A stretch of 62,540 nucleotides of DNA, the filler included. It is 6 parts of 6 records of this genome, joined end to end, with 100 filler letters (N's around TTAATTAATTAA, not from the genome) between each part and the next. Parts side by side here need not be neighbours in the genome. Positions count along the whole stretch, not along the records: positions 45,306 to 55,788 come from SRR33789315_81; positions 55,889 to 62,540 come from SRR33789315_105; 4 more parts are not named here. One strand, 5' to 3'. A program made the translations under genes and the position numbers. Each line of letters opens with the position of its first letter. Within the stretch, counting starts at the first letter, position 1. The notes beneath the pieces are model-generated. The model saw only the letters and a program-made list of their open reading frames with translations. It made no database searches and was not told the origin of the DNA. This document shows, one piece after another, positions 53,460-62,540 of this stretch.

Positions 53460-53606
53460 ATAAGCCAACACTCAAAGTCATACACATTCGCAATTCGCGT
53501 CAGCCAACGCTACACCAAAAATCGCAAAAGAGTATGTCTCGCCAACGCTCAATTCCGAACTAAACAAGAAACATCGGAAAACAAAGCTGTACGTGAAAAG
53601 CACTAT

Positions 53607-53798
53607 GCACAACAACGTGTATAAAACATAGCTATTATAGGCTTTTCGAGAGGTTATTGCTTATTTGAAGTACGCCAAATTTTTAATTTTATATATTTAG
53701 AAAAGAAAATTAAACATTAAAAAAAAAATCGGCTCGTTCTAAATCCGAAAAGTTAGCGTTTATTTATACGCTACGTTTCATACACAATACCGTTGACA
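53607..53798. repeat. attC-like imperfect palindrome 2 (192 bp)
   Basis: Left CAAC-AAC-GTGTATAAAACATAGC; right GCTACGTTTCATACAC-AATACC-GTTG; two A.C mismatches become T.G on bottom strand. Confidence 0.75.
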
Positions 53799-53845
53799 GT
53801 AATTATGACCCGTCCTGAAATATGTATACACTAAACAACAAGTAT

Positions 53846-54211
53846 ATGTATAAAAATGATGGATATGTAAGACGCTATAGCGAAAGCTTTAAACTCAAAG
53901 TCCTTGACGAACTTTCCAAGGGAAACCACTCTAAAAGACAAATAGGACTGCTCTATGGCATACAGCCAAGCACTATTAACGAATGGATTAAAAAGTACAA
54001 TCGTAAAGATTTAATGAACACCCGCGTACTCGTGCAAACAGACGATGAACTTACCCGAATAAAAGCCCTGCAAAAGGAGCTCAAACAGCTAAAGGAACTT
54101 CTCATAAAGAAAGACCTAGATAAACTTATTGATGATAGTTATCTCAAAGTAGCGGCTAATAAATTAGGCTATAAAGATGTTTTAGAACTTAAAAAAAAAC
54201 TAAACATCTAG
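53846..54211 (+). CDS. IS3 transposase OrfA (HTH)
   Basis: RRYSESFKLKVL..YGIQPSTINEWIKKY; A9 run at 54191-54199 gives an open -1 frame into OrfB. Confidence 0.9.
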   Translation: MYKNDGYVRRYSESFKLKVLDELSKGNHSKRQIGLLYGIQPSTINEWIKKYNRKDLMNTRVLVQTDDELTRIKALQKELKQLKELLIKKDLDKLIDDSYLKVAANKLGYKDVLELKKKLNI

Positions 54212-54216
54212 CACTA

Positions 54217-55074
54217 ATGGAAACTATAGACAATAACCCAAAAGAAATACCCTTTAGCATCTTCACTATTTGCAAGGGATATGACTTGACTCGTGATGCA
54301 TTTTATAAATACAAAAAACGATTTGTCAAGCGAATAAAAATTGAAAATCAGGTATTGGAAATCGTTCACAAAAGAAGAAGGACATTACCCAGAGAAGGCG
54401 CTCGAAAGTTGATGCACTCACTAAAAATGGACTTTGAGAAACACAATATCAAAATAGGTAGAGACCAGTTATTATGTATCCTTAGAGATAATGACCTATT
54501 AATACGGAGAAAGAAATATTCCTCCAGGACAACCAATTCACATCATAGGTTTTACAAATATAAAAACAGTATTAAAGAAGTAGAAATAAATAGACCAAAC
54601 CAAGTCTGGGCAGCAGACATAACATACATCAGAACCATAAAAGGATTTTGTTACTTAGCGCTATTAACCGATATGTACTCGCGTAAAATCGTAGGATATG
54701 ACCTAAGTGATAGCTTAGAACTAACAGGCTGTGTAAGGGCTCTTAAAAAGGCATTGTATCATAATACAGAACTGAGGAACCTGACGCACCACTCAGACAG
54801 AGGAATACAGTATTGCAGTAATGTATACACCAAAGAACTCAAGAGAAAGAAGATAGAAATCAGTATGACAGAGGAAAATCATTGTTATGAAAACGCTCTC
54901 GCAGAACGTGTAAATGGAATACTAAAAGATGAATTTTATCTCGACCAGACCTTTGCTAGTGTGGAAGAGGCAAAAAGAGCAACCAAAAATGCAATCAAAT
55001 TATACAACTCTAAAAGATTACATTTATCTTTAGACTATAAAATACCTAATAACGTGCACCAAAATGCAGCTTAA
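54217..55074 (+). CDS. IS3 transposase OrfB (DDE)
   Basis: PNQVWAADITYI, HHSDRGIQY, ENALAERVNGILKDE. Confidence 0.95.
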   Translation: METIDNNPKEIPFSIFTICKGYDLTRDAFYKYKKRFVKRIKIENQVLEIVHKRRRTLPREGARKLMHSLKMDFEKHNIKIGRDQLLCILRDNDLLIRRKKYSSRTTNSHHRFYKYKNSIKEVEINRPNQVWAADITYIRTIKGFCYLALLTDMYSRKIVGYDLSDSLELTGCVRALKKALYHNTELRNLTHHSDRGIQYCSNVYTKELKRKKIEISMTEENHCYENALAERVNGILKDEFYLDQTFASVEEAKRATKNAIKLYNSKRLHLSLDYKIPNNVHQNAA

Positions 55075-55150
55075 TTTTAATCAATAACCTGTAGACGTAT
55101 TTTAGGACGAGACATTATAATAAAATCGAAAATTTAACAAAATTGAATTT

Positions 55151-55717
55151 ATGTGTTTATCTACAATTTCCTTATTCGTATCAATTTTTGCTCTAGGTTT
55201 TTCAATTTATATATTTTGGGAAAATAATTTCCGTATAAAAAACACAGTTGCTTTAGGTAAAGATGCAAAATTAATAGTTGTTGAAAATCAACCTTCAATC
55301 TTATTAAATTTAGCTATAATCAACACTGGTGGGAAAACTAGTTTTATTGAAAATATAAAAATCATTTTGAAACTTACAAAAAAGGGAAACGTTTTTTTGA
55401 CAAACGAAATGTATTTAAAAAGAGAATTTACAGGCTCTTTTGATAATTTAGTAAATGATTATATTTTTAATGAAATATCACCAATAGTTATTATTGGAAA
55501 AACATTTATTACAAAAAAGTATTTATTCACACCTAATATAAAAATCCAACAAGACAATATAGAAAACCAATTTGATATTGAAATAATATTGTATTCAAAA
55601 GAGAACAATAAATGGAAAAAACAAAAAAGTTATGTTTCCAAAAATGTATCAGAAATTTGGCATGATTTAAATGCTGTAAGAAATAAAAATACCATAATAG
55701 AGTTGGACGAAAAATAA
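55151..55717 (+). CDS. AT-rich hypothetical protein with N-terminal TM helix (cassette 3)
   Basis: ISLFVSIFALGFSIYIFW anchor; AGCTAAC follows the stop. Confidence 0.7.
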   Translation: MCLSTISLFVSIFALGFSIYIFWENNFRIKNTVALGKDAKLIVVENQPSILLNLAIINTGGKTSFIENIKIILKLTKKGNVFLTNEMYLKREFTGSFDNLVNDYIFNEISPIVIIGKTFITKKYLFTPNIKIQQDNIENQFDIEIILYSKENNKWKKQKSYVSKNVSEIWHDLNAVRNKNTIIELDEK

Positions 55718-55721
55718 CAAA

Positions 55722-55777
55722 AGCTAACAAAGACGTATTTAATTTATGGCTAGTTCTAGCCTACTTACGAAAATCCT
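55722..55777. repeat. Probable left arm of attC-like site 3, cut by contig end
   Basis: AGCTAAC 5 nt after stop; contig then ends in CACTTCGACAA, the reverse complement of a REP core. Confidence 0.45.
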
Positions 55778-55788
55778 CACTTCGACAA

Positions 55789-55888
55789 NNNNNNNNNNNN
55801 NNNNNNNNNNNNNNNNNNNNNNNNNNNNNNNNTTAATTAATTAANNNNNNNNNNNNNNNNNNNNNNNNNNNNNNNNNNNNNNNNNNNN
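55789..55888. other. Artificial contig spacer
   Basis: N44-TTAATTAATTAA-N44. Confidence 0.99.
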
Positions 55889-56045
55889 TTGGCAAATTCG
55901 CAGCACTATACACGAATCACCTTAAGCGGTCTATTATCAATTCACAAAATTGTATAAATAAGCACTTTACCTATATTTTCGCGCCTAAGCCGTAAAAATG
56001 TTACTTATACTAATTAATGTTAAATTCTCACAGAGAGCTAATTTA

Positions 56046-56912
<867 letters not shown>

Positions 56913-57094
56913 TTAAAATCACCTAATTTGCAGCTTAGGATTAAGATTAACTTATGCAAAAAATTTCAAGGCTAGTCGATTAGTTTTGTCGTCTACCGTG
57001 AGCAATATGACTATGCAAGTAAATGGGAATTTTAACTGCGACTCCCTAAAACTTGCTATATATTAGGAGCTTCACTCAGCACACTAGGCTTAAC

Positions 57095-57646
57095 ATGGCG
57101 ACGTCGAAGCAAAGTCACTCCAATGAGACGATATTAATCGAAGAAGAATTACCACAAATCGAAAAACTCAATTGGCAAGAGCTATCAGCAGCTTATGCGC
57201 CGTTGAATTTGCTGATTAATATTATATTTTTTTTAACTGTATTAGTGCTAAGTATAGCAATTTATGCTCAGCCTTGGTTAAGGCTACCAGTGCCTATTGA
57301 ACACGCTCTACCCTATTTTATAAGTTTGATTATAATTATAGGAATACTCTCTAGTGTACTGGGTTTTAAAGGGGATAAGCGCAAAAAATATGCACTAAGA
57401 GAGTTAGATTTACATTTTTTTAGTGGCCTGATTTTCTGTAAAATTGTTAGTCAACCAATTACCCGAGTGCAGCATGTTGAATTGAAACGTGGGCCTTTTG
57501 AACGGCGTAAGGGCTTAGCTAGCCTACAAGTTTTTAGTGCCGGAGGCTCAAACCATACCTTCGAAATTCCTGGCTTAGCATTGGCAACTGCTCAAAAAAT
57601 TCGTCAATTTATCTTGCAACATAAAGATATCAATCACCATGGATAG
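57095..57646 (+). CDS. YdbS-like bacterial PH-domain membrane protein
   Basis: Two TM helices then PITRVQHVELKRGPFERRKGLASL. Confidence 0.85.
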   Translation: MATSKQSHSNETILIEEELPQIEKLNWQELSAAYAPLNLLINIIFFLTVLVLSIAIYAQPWLRLPVPIEHALPYFISLIIIIGILSSVLGFKGDKRKKYALRELDLHFFSGLIFCKIVSQPITRVQHVELKRGPFERRKGLASLQVFSAGGSNHTFEIPGLALATAQKIRQFILQHKDINHHG

Positions 57647-59207
57647 CGATATTCAAAGCATTAGTGACATCCAAACACAAGGGAAATGGCAACGATTATC
57701 TCCGATTGCGTTGTTGTATTTTGCCATCAGTTTTTTACGAGGTTTATTAGGGAACATCGTTTATTTAATCCCCGCTTTTGCCTTTGGTTATTCGAATATG
57801 CTTGCCCACCCCTTCATTTGGTTGCCGATGATTGCCATCGCTTTACTGTTACTTTTGGTTGTTTCATATTGGACTTTTAAGGTTTATCGTTTTCGCGTGA
57901 GCAAAGATAATCTTGAAATCCGCAGCGGTATATTCAGTAAAACTCACCTTAATCTACCTTTTAGTCGCATCCAAAATGTAAAATTAGAACAACCTATATA
58001 TTATCGTTTGGGCGGCTACGCCTGCCTACAGCTAGATACTGCAGGCTCAGCAAAACAAGAAGCCAAATTAATCGCCCTGCCCCTCACTCTTGCCCAACAA
58101 CTGAAACACCAAATACTGCAGCATACCCAAGAAATTTTGAGTGAAACACAAACCGAAAAAGAAGACTCAGCTTCGACTTTGTTGACTGGAGAAGATGAAG
58201 AGATACTTAATCAGCGCAGTGTAATGGATTTGGTCATACACGGCGTGACTAGCAATCGAATATGGATAATTATGGGAGGCCTTGCACCTTTTTATGACAA
58301 GCTCCTCGATAAAGTCAAAGAAATACTTCTGAGTCTCAATATTGATGTAAAAGCCCTACTAGATGTAAACCAGTATTCTATCGTGCAAGTCGGTTTGTAT
58401 GCCTTAAGTTTAGTATTTTTGCTGATGTTGGTGCTGGTCAGTTTTTCTGTTCTGGGTTCAATTATTAGTTTTTACGGTTACACCCTAAGCAAGATAAAAC
58501 AACGCTATATTCGTCGCAGTGGTTTATTCACTAAACATGAAGTCAGTATGCCCAAAGGCCGTTTACAACGCATAGTGCAAAATCAGGATTGGTTAGATGC
58601 GGTACTTAACCGATGTAATCTAAAGCTAGAGCAGGCCGCAGACAATGTAGTGCACGCCAACCAAAGCGCAAACCAATCTAGTCTTATCGTTCCTTCCATC
58701 ACACCTAAACAAAGTAAGGTACTCATTGATGAAATGTTTGTGGGAAATCAGTTGCTTTCACTGCCCTTCTCACGGATTAGTCGTTTTTTTATTTATCGAA
58801 ATCTGCTTTATATCATTACACCAATCATGATTTTTTTGCAGGGCTTTGCTTGGTATCACCACAATATTAAATTCAGCATGTTACTGGGGCTGTTATCGAT
58901 AGTTATGGTTGCTTTGACTTATCTTCGCTGGCGTCGTTGGGGTGTGGCTACGGACCAAAACTACATCTATGTCAGAAATGGATTGTTTGGCATCACTTAC
59001 TGTTGTTTTCCTGCTTTTAAAGTACAACAGTGCCAATTGAAACAGAGCGTTATGATGAAAAAACGTGAACTTGCTTCGGTAAAACTTATTTTGGCTTCAG
59101 GCTCAGTTACCTTACCTTTGATCCCTGAATATTTAGCCTATCAAATAATTAACCTCACTTTGTTAAAAGTAGAATCGAGCAAGCTATCGTGGATGGAGTT
59201 AAATTGA
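57639..59207 (+). CDS. YdbT-like multi-PH-domain membrane protein
   Basis: WQRLSP, LPFSRIQNV...DTAGS; three PH-like repeats; overlaps ydbS-like gene. Confidence 0.85.
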   Translation: MDSDIQSISDIQTQGKWQRLSPIALLYFAISFLRGLLGNIVYLIPAFAFGYSNMLAHPFIWLPMIAIALLLLLVVSYWTFKVYRFRVSKDNLEIRSGIFSKTHLNLPFSRIQNVKLEQPIYYRLGGYACLQLDTAGSAKQEAKLIALPLTLAQQLKHQILQHTQEILSETQTEKEDSASTLLTGEDEEILNQRSVMDLVIHGVTSNRIWIIMGGLAPFYDKLLDKVKEILLSLNIDVKALLDVNQYSIVQVGLYALSLVFLLMLVLVSFSVLGSIISFYGYTLSKIKQRYIRRSGLFTKHEVSMPKGRLQRIVQNQDWLDAVLNRCNLKLEQAADNVVHANQSANQSSLIVPSITPKQSKVLIDEMFVGNQLLSLPFSRISRFFIYRNLLYIITPIMIFLQGFAWYHHNIKFSMLLGLLSIVMVALTYLRWRRWGVATDQNYIYVRNGLFGITYCCFPAFKVQQCQLKQSVMMKKRELASVKLILASGSVTLPLIPEYLAYQIINLTLLKVESSKLSWMELN

Positions 59208-59284
59208 AAACCCTCATACCAGCGTTTTAAATTTGTAACATTGCTGCTCTATTCTGGCAGCACTTTCATTTTTGGAACCTTCAC

Positions 59285-60976
59285 ATGCCAACACTCTCTC
59301 GTCGCGCCTTTCTTATGTCTTCTGCCGCAGCGGCAAGCACCATTGCGATTTCTACGACCTTAAGTGGTTGCGTCGCTTCCAGCACACAGACCCCGTTAAC
59401 TCAAGTATCCTTTATACATGGCGTCGCCAGTGGCGATCCACGTCAAGATGCACTGATCATTTGGACGCGCGCAACACCACAAAACACGGTTGACCGCGTA
59501 GAAATAATGTGGGAAGTGGCAAGGGATATTAACTTTACCAAGATATTAAGAAGTGGCGTAGTTCAATCTAAACGCAACCAAGATTTTACCATTAAAGTGG
59601 ATGTACAAGACCTTGAATCAAGCACTGAGTATTTCTATCGCTTTAAGGGTGCGAGTGAAACCAGCCAAATCGGACGCAGTTTGACTCTGCCCAGCAACCA
59701 TGTCGAAAAAATAAAATTTGCGGTATTTTCTTGTTCGAATTATCCCGCAGGATACTTTAATGCCTACCATGATGCGGCTCAAATGACTGACGTCGATGCG
59801 GTACTGCACCTCGGTGACTATATCTATGAATATCCCATGGGAGGCTATGCTACCGATAAGGCTGTTGAAATTGGCCGTGCACTCGCAGCAGACAACGCAA
59901 ACGAAATCATTACCTTAGATGACTATCGTAAGCGCTATGCCCAATACCGGGCTGATAGAGGTCTACAAGCCATTCATGCAGCCGCACCTTTTATTGCAGT
60001 ATGGGACGATCATGAAGTTTGTAATGATACCTATAAGTCAGGGGCTGAAAATCACAATGAAGGTGAAGGTGATTTTTTTGAACGTCGCGCAGCGGCCATT
60101 CAAGCCTATTACGAGTGGTTGCCGATTCGACCTCCTTATGGTGAAGATAAACCTGAAATTTACCGTAGTTTTGATTTTGGTGAATTACTGAGCTTACATA
60201 TGCTGGATACTCGGCTAATTGGTCGTGATAAACAGTTGAACTATAAAGACTACCGAGACACTGAAACCAAACAAATGGATGTGGCGCGTTTCAAACAAGA
60301 TTTATATCAACCTGAGCGCACCTTACTGGGCAAACAGCAATTTAATTGGCTAAGTAAGGTAGCAAAGGAATCTAAAGGTAAGTGGCAAGTACTTGGGCAA
60401 CAAGTACTGATGGCTAAAATGCTTATGCCTACCGCGGTTTTCGCTGGGGGAGAAATCAAACAAGCACCCGCCAGGATTGCGGCTTTAAAAGAATTAAAAG
60501 ACCGCCTTGAGCAAGGACACTCCTTGAGCCAAGAGCAACAAAAAATGCTAAGCAGCATCATGCCATATAACTTAGATGCTTGGGACGGTTATCCGCTAGA
60601 ACGTGAAGCGGTTTACAACTTATTCAGTTCACAAAATAAACCCATCGTAGTACTTGCAGGTGACACACATAATGCTTGGCACAGTCTGTTAAAAGACAGT
60701 AATAATCAAGCTGTAGGTGTTGAATTTGGCACACCGGGCGTGACTTCACCGGGCTTGGAAAGCTATTTAGATCTTAGCGATAAAAACGCCAGTGAAGTAG
60801 CAACAGGACTCACTGCTCTGATCGCTGAATTAGAATATTGTAATTTGCATCAAAGAGGATATATGTTGCTGACATTCACTCCTCAAGAAGTCACCACAGA
60901 ATGGCGCTTTGTGGATAATATTTTAACTGAGCAATATACTATTAAGGATACCCATCAGACGACATTTAAAGTCTAA
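59285..60976 (+). CDS. phoD: Alkaline phosphatase D, Tat-exported
   Basis: SRRAFL Tat motif; HGVASGDP, HLGDYIYE, WDDHE, DAWDGY, GDTH. Confidence 0.95.
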   Translation: MPTLSRRAFLMSSAAAASTIAISTTLSGCVASSTQTPLTQVSFIHGVASGDPRQDALIIWTRATPQNTVDRVEIMWEVARDINFTKILRSGVVQSKRNQDFTIKVDVQDLESSTEYFYRFKGASETSQIGRSLTLPSNHVEKIKFAVFSCSNYPAGYFNAYHDAAQMTDVDAVLHLGDYIYEYPMGGYATDKAVEIGRALAADNANEIITLDDYRKRYAQYRADRGLQAIHAAAPFIAVWDDHEVCNDTYKSGAENHNEGEGDFFERRAAAIQAYYEWLPIRPPYGEDKPEIYRSFDFGELLSLHMLDTRLIGRDKQLNYKDYRDTETKQMDVARFKQDLYQPERTLLGKQQFNWLSKVAKESKGKWQVLGQQVLMAKMLMPTAVFAGGEIKQAPARIAALKELKDRLEQGHSLSQEQQKMLSSIMPYNLDAWDGYPLEREAVYNLFSSQNKPIVVLAGDTHNAWHSLLKDSNNQAVGVEFGTPGVTSPGLESYLDLSDKNASEVATGLTALIAELEYCNLHQRGYMLLTFTPQEVTTEWRFVDNILTEQYTIKDTHQTTFKV

Positions 60977-61100
60977 TCGGTTTCGCAGCAAAAAAAAGGG
61001 TAGTTCATCGGGCACCCAAGCTGAATGAGAGCCCGATATTCTCGTCCTTTCCATTAGTTCGCTTGACTTAAGGTCACCTTCAAATAAGCTAGTCTTATTG

Positions 61101-61157
61101 TATTTAACCTGAATTCTGGATATGCAAGGCTACTCATGCTCCAGAGTTCATCAGGTT
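61101..61157. repeat. Palindromic element; left arm repeated at 62462-62483
   Basis: TATTTAACCTGAATTCTGGATA...TCCAGAGTTCATCAGGTT; second copy 21/22 identical. Confidence 0.6.
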
Positions 61158-61171
61158 GGTTAGGAGTCCTT

Positions 61172-61804
61172 ATGCACGCAGAATTTTGGCATCAAAAGTG
61201 GGAAAGCAACGAAATAGGTTTTCATGAAAAAAACGTTAATCCGCTGCTCGAAGCTTATTTTAGTCACTTAAACCTAGTTAAAAGTAGTCGTATCTTTATT
61301 CCCTTGTGCGGCAAAACCCGTGATATTGCTTGGTTGTTAAATCAAGGCTTTGAAGTAGTTGGTGCAGAATTAAGTGAACTCGCAATCAAGCAGTTATTTA
61401 ATGAGTTAAACCTGATTCCTAAGGTCACCGTGTTTGACCATATTGTGCATTATCAGGGCCCGCATATTGATATTTTTGTGAGTGATATTTTCAAGCTTAC
61501 CCCAAAGGTCATCGGCCAGGTTGATGGTGTTTATGATAGGGCCGCTTTAGTGGCATTGCCCCTAGAATTAAGAGCCAAATACACCGCCCATGTAATGGCT
61601 CTTAGTCAACATTCACCACAATTGCTCATTTGTTTTGAATACGACCAAACCAGCATGCAAGGACCGCCATTTTGTGTCAGTCAACAAGAAGTAAAACAAC
61701 ACTACGCCTTAGATTATCAGCTTTCTTTGTTGCATGATGAGCCCTTGGCAGAGGGATTAAAAGGCAGAACCCCAGCCAATCAATTGGTTTGGTTGCTTAC
61801 CTAG
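61172..61804 (+). CDS. tpm: Thiopurine S-methyltransferase
   Basis: FWHQKW..NEIGFH, IPLCGKTRD, YDRAALVALP, GPPF; AGGAG RBS. Confidence 0.93.
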   Translation: MHAEFWHQKWESNEIGFHEKNVNPLLEAYFSHLNLVKSSRIFIPLCGKTRDIAWLLNQGFEVVGAELSELAIKQLFNELNLIPKVTVFDHIVHYQGPHIDIFVSDIFKLTPKVIGQVDGVYDRAALVALPLELRAKYTAHVMALSQHSPQLLICFEYDQTSMQGPPFCVSQQEVKQHYALDYQLSLLHDEPLAEGLKGRTPANQLVWLLT

Positions 61805-61864
61805 GATAACAAAGTGCTTAATTTTCGATGCATTTGAATCTGAACTTAATAAATGGAAAACTAA

Positions 61865-62473
61865 ATGCGCCACAAAGGTAAGATAACAGAGTGGAAAGAT
61901 CAGCAAGGCTTTGGTTTTATTCAGCCATCAATGGGCGCTGCCAAGGTTTTTGTGCATATTAAGTCGTTTAATAACAAAAACCGGCGTCCAAAGGAAAATG
62001 AAATCATTACCTATTCTCTCGTCAAAGATACCAGCGGTAAAACCCATGCCGAAGCGGTGTTATTTTCCGGCGAAAAACTTACTAAATCTAAAACTAAACA
62101 GATTAGAGTTTGGCCCTATATTTTGATTGCGGCATTTTTTGCCCTGTTAGGGCTACTTTGTTTAAGCGCTGCACTCCCTGTCACGGTATTGTGGCTATAC
62201 ACAATATTAAGTGTAATAAGCTTTTTTGCTTATATCATAGACAAATCTTCAGCTGAAAAAAATCGCTGGCGAACAAAAGAGCGTACCTTGCAAATACTGG
62301 CCCTTTTTGGGGGGTGGCCAGGAGCATTATTAGCCCAACGAATCATTAGACACAAATCGAGTAAAAAACCCTTTCTTGTGCTTTTCTGGCTAAGTGTGGT
62401 GGTTAACTGTATTTTACTAGCATGGTTTTACGTAGTTTTCAGTAGCAATGGATTACCCAATTATTTAACCTGA
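61865..62473 (+). CDS. Cold-shock domain + DUF1294 membrane protein
   Basis: WKDQQGFGFI..VFVHI; DKSSAEKNRWRTKERTL..GGWPGA..RHKSSK. Confidence 0.92.
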   Translation: MRHKGKITEWKDQQGFGFIQPSMGAAKVFVHIKSFNNKNRRPKENEIITYSLVKDTSGKTHAEAVLFSGEKLTKSKTKQIRVWPYILIAAFFALLGLLCLSAALPVTVLWLYTILSVISFFAYIIDKSSAEKNRWRTKERTLQILALFGGWPGALLAQRIIRHKSSKKPFLVLFWLSVVVNCILLAWFYVVFSSNGLPNYLT

Positions 62474-62540
62474 ACTCTGGATAATGAGTGTCGATAATTT
62501 TAAGGTTATTAAAATAAATCAATAGGTTATGTTGATTTCT

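Larger units (their letters stand above)
53806..55114 (+). mobile_element. IS3-family insertion sequence, 1309 bp, 3-bp target duplication TTA
   Basis: IRL TGACCCGTCCTGAAATATGTATACA vs IRR(rc) TGTCTCGTCCTAAAATACGTCTACA, 20/25; TG..CA ends; TTA at 53803-53805 and 55115-55117. Confidence 0.93.

Noticed and set aside
47795-55788. CRISPR array or complete integron (intI/attI) call
   Set aside because: Repeats are kilobases apart and separated by genes, and no cas gene or tyrosine recombinase is in the contig, so it is reported only as an attC-like array.

Overview
This window is not one genome. It is six contigs joined by 100-nt artificial spacers (N44-TTAATTAATTAA-N44), so ORFs running into spacers are truncated and cross-spacer adjacency is meaningless. 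Taxonomic labels are inferred from protein and signal style. (1) 1-10520, Bacteriovoracaceae/Bdellovibrionota-like: oppBA, TPR lipoprotein, PhaR-like regulator, OMP, tandem ArsA/GET3 ATPases, gshA, cysteine synthase/CBS. (2) 10621-22566, Alteromonadales-like: lptD-surA-pdxA-rsmA-apaG-apaH, MCP, lysC, acnB. (3) 22667-40995, Flavobacteriaceae: typA, kdsA, creD operon, tmRNA, then accessory genes (WYL/rtcB, hydrolase-AraC/mddA/decarboxylase, remnants, REP-like repeats). (4) 41096-45205, Bacteroidota: E2 acyltransferase, GT2, recR end. (5) 45306-55788, Flavobacteriaceae: hxlAB plus AraC, then an accessory array. (6) 55889-62540, Alteromonadales-like: dapB, YdbS/T, phoD, tpm, CSD-DUF1294. The most interesting signal is the array in contig 5: co-oriented genes separated by long attC-like imperfect palindromes (AAC...GTT cores, mismatches favouring bottom-strand folding). 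One ~5.3-kb unit carries a four-gene defence operon (controller, amino-MTase, McrB-like GTPase, LlaJI-like nuclease), and its two ends are complementary at 13/14 nt, as expected for an excisable integron-type cassette. No integrase is present in the contig.
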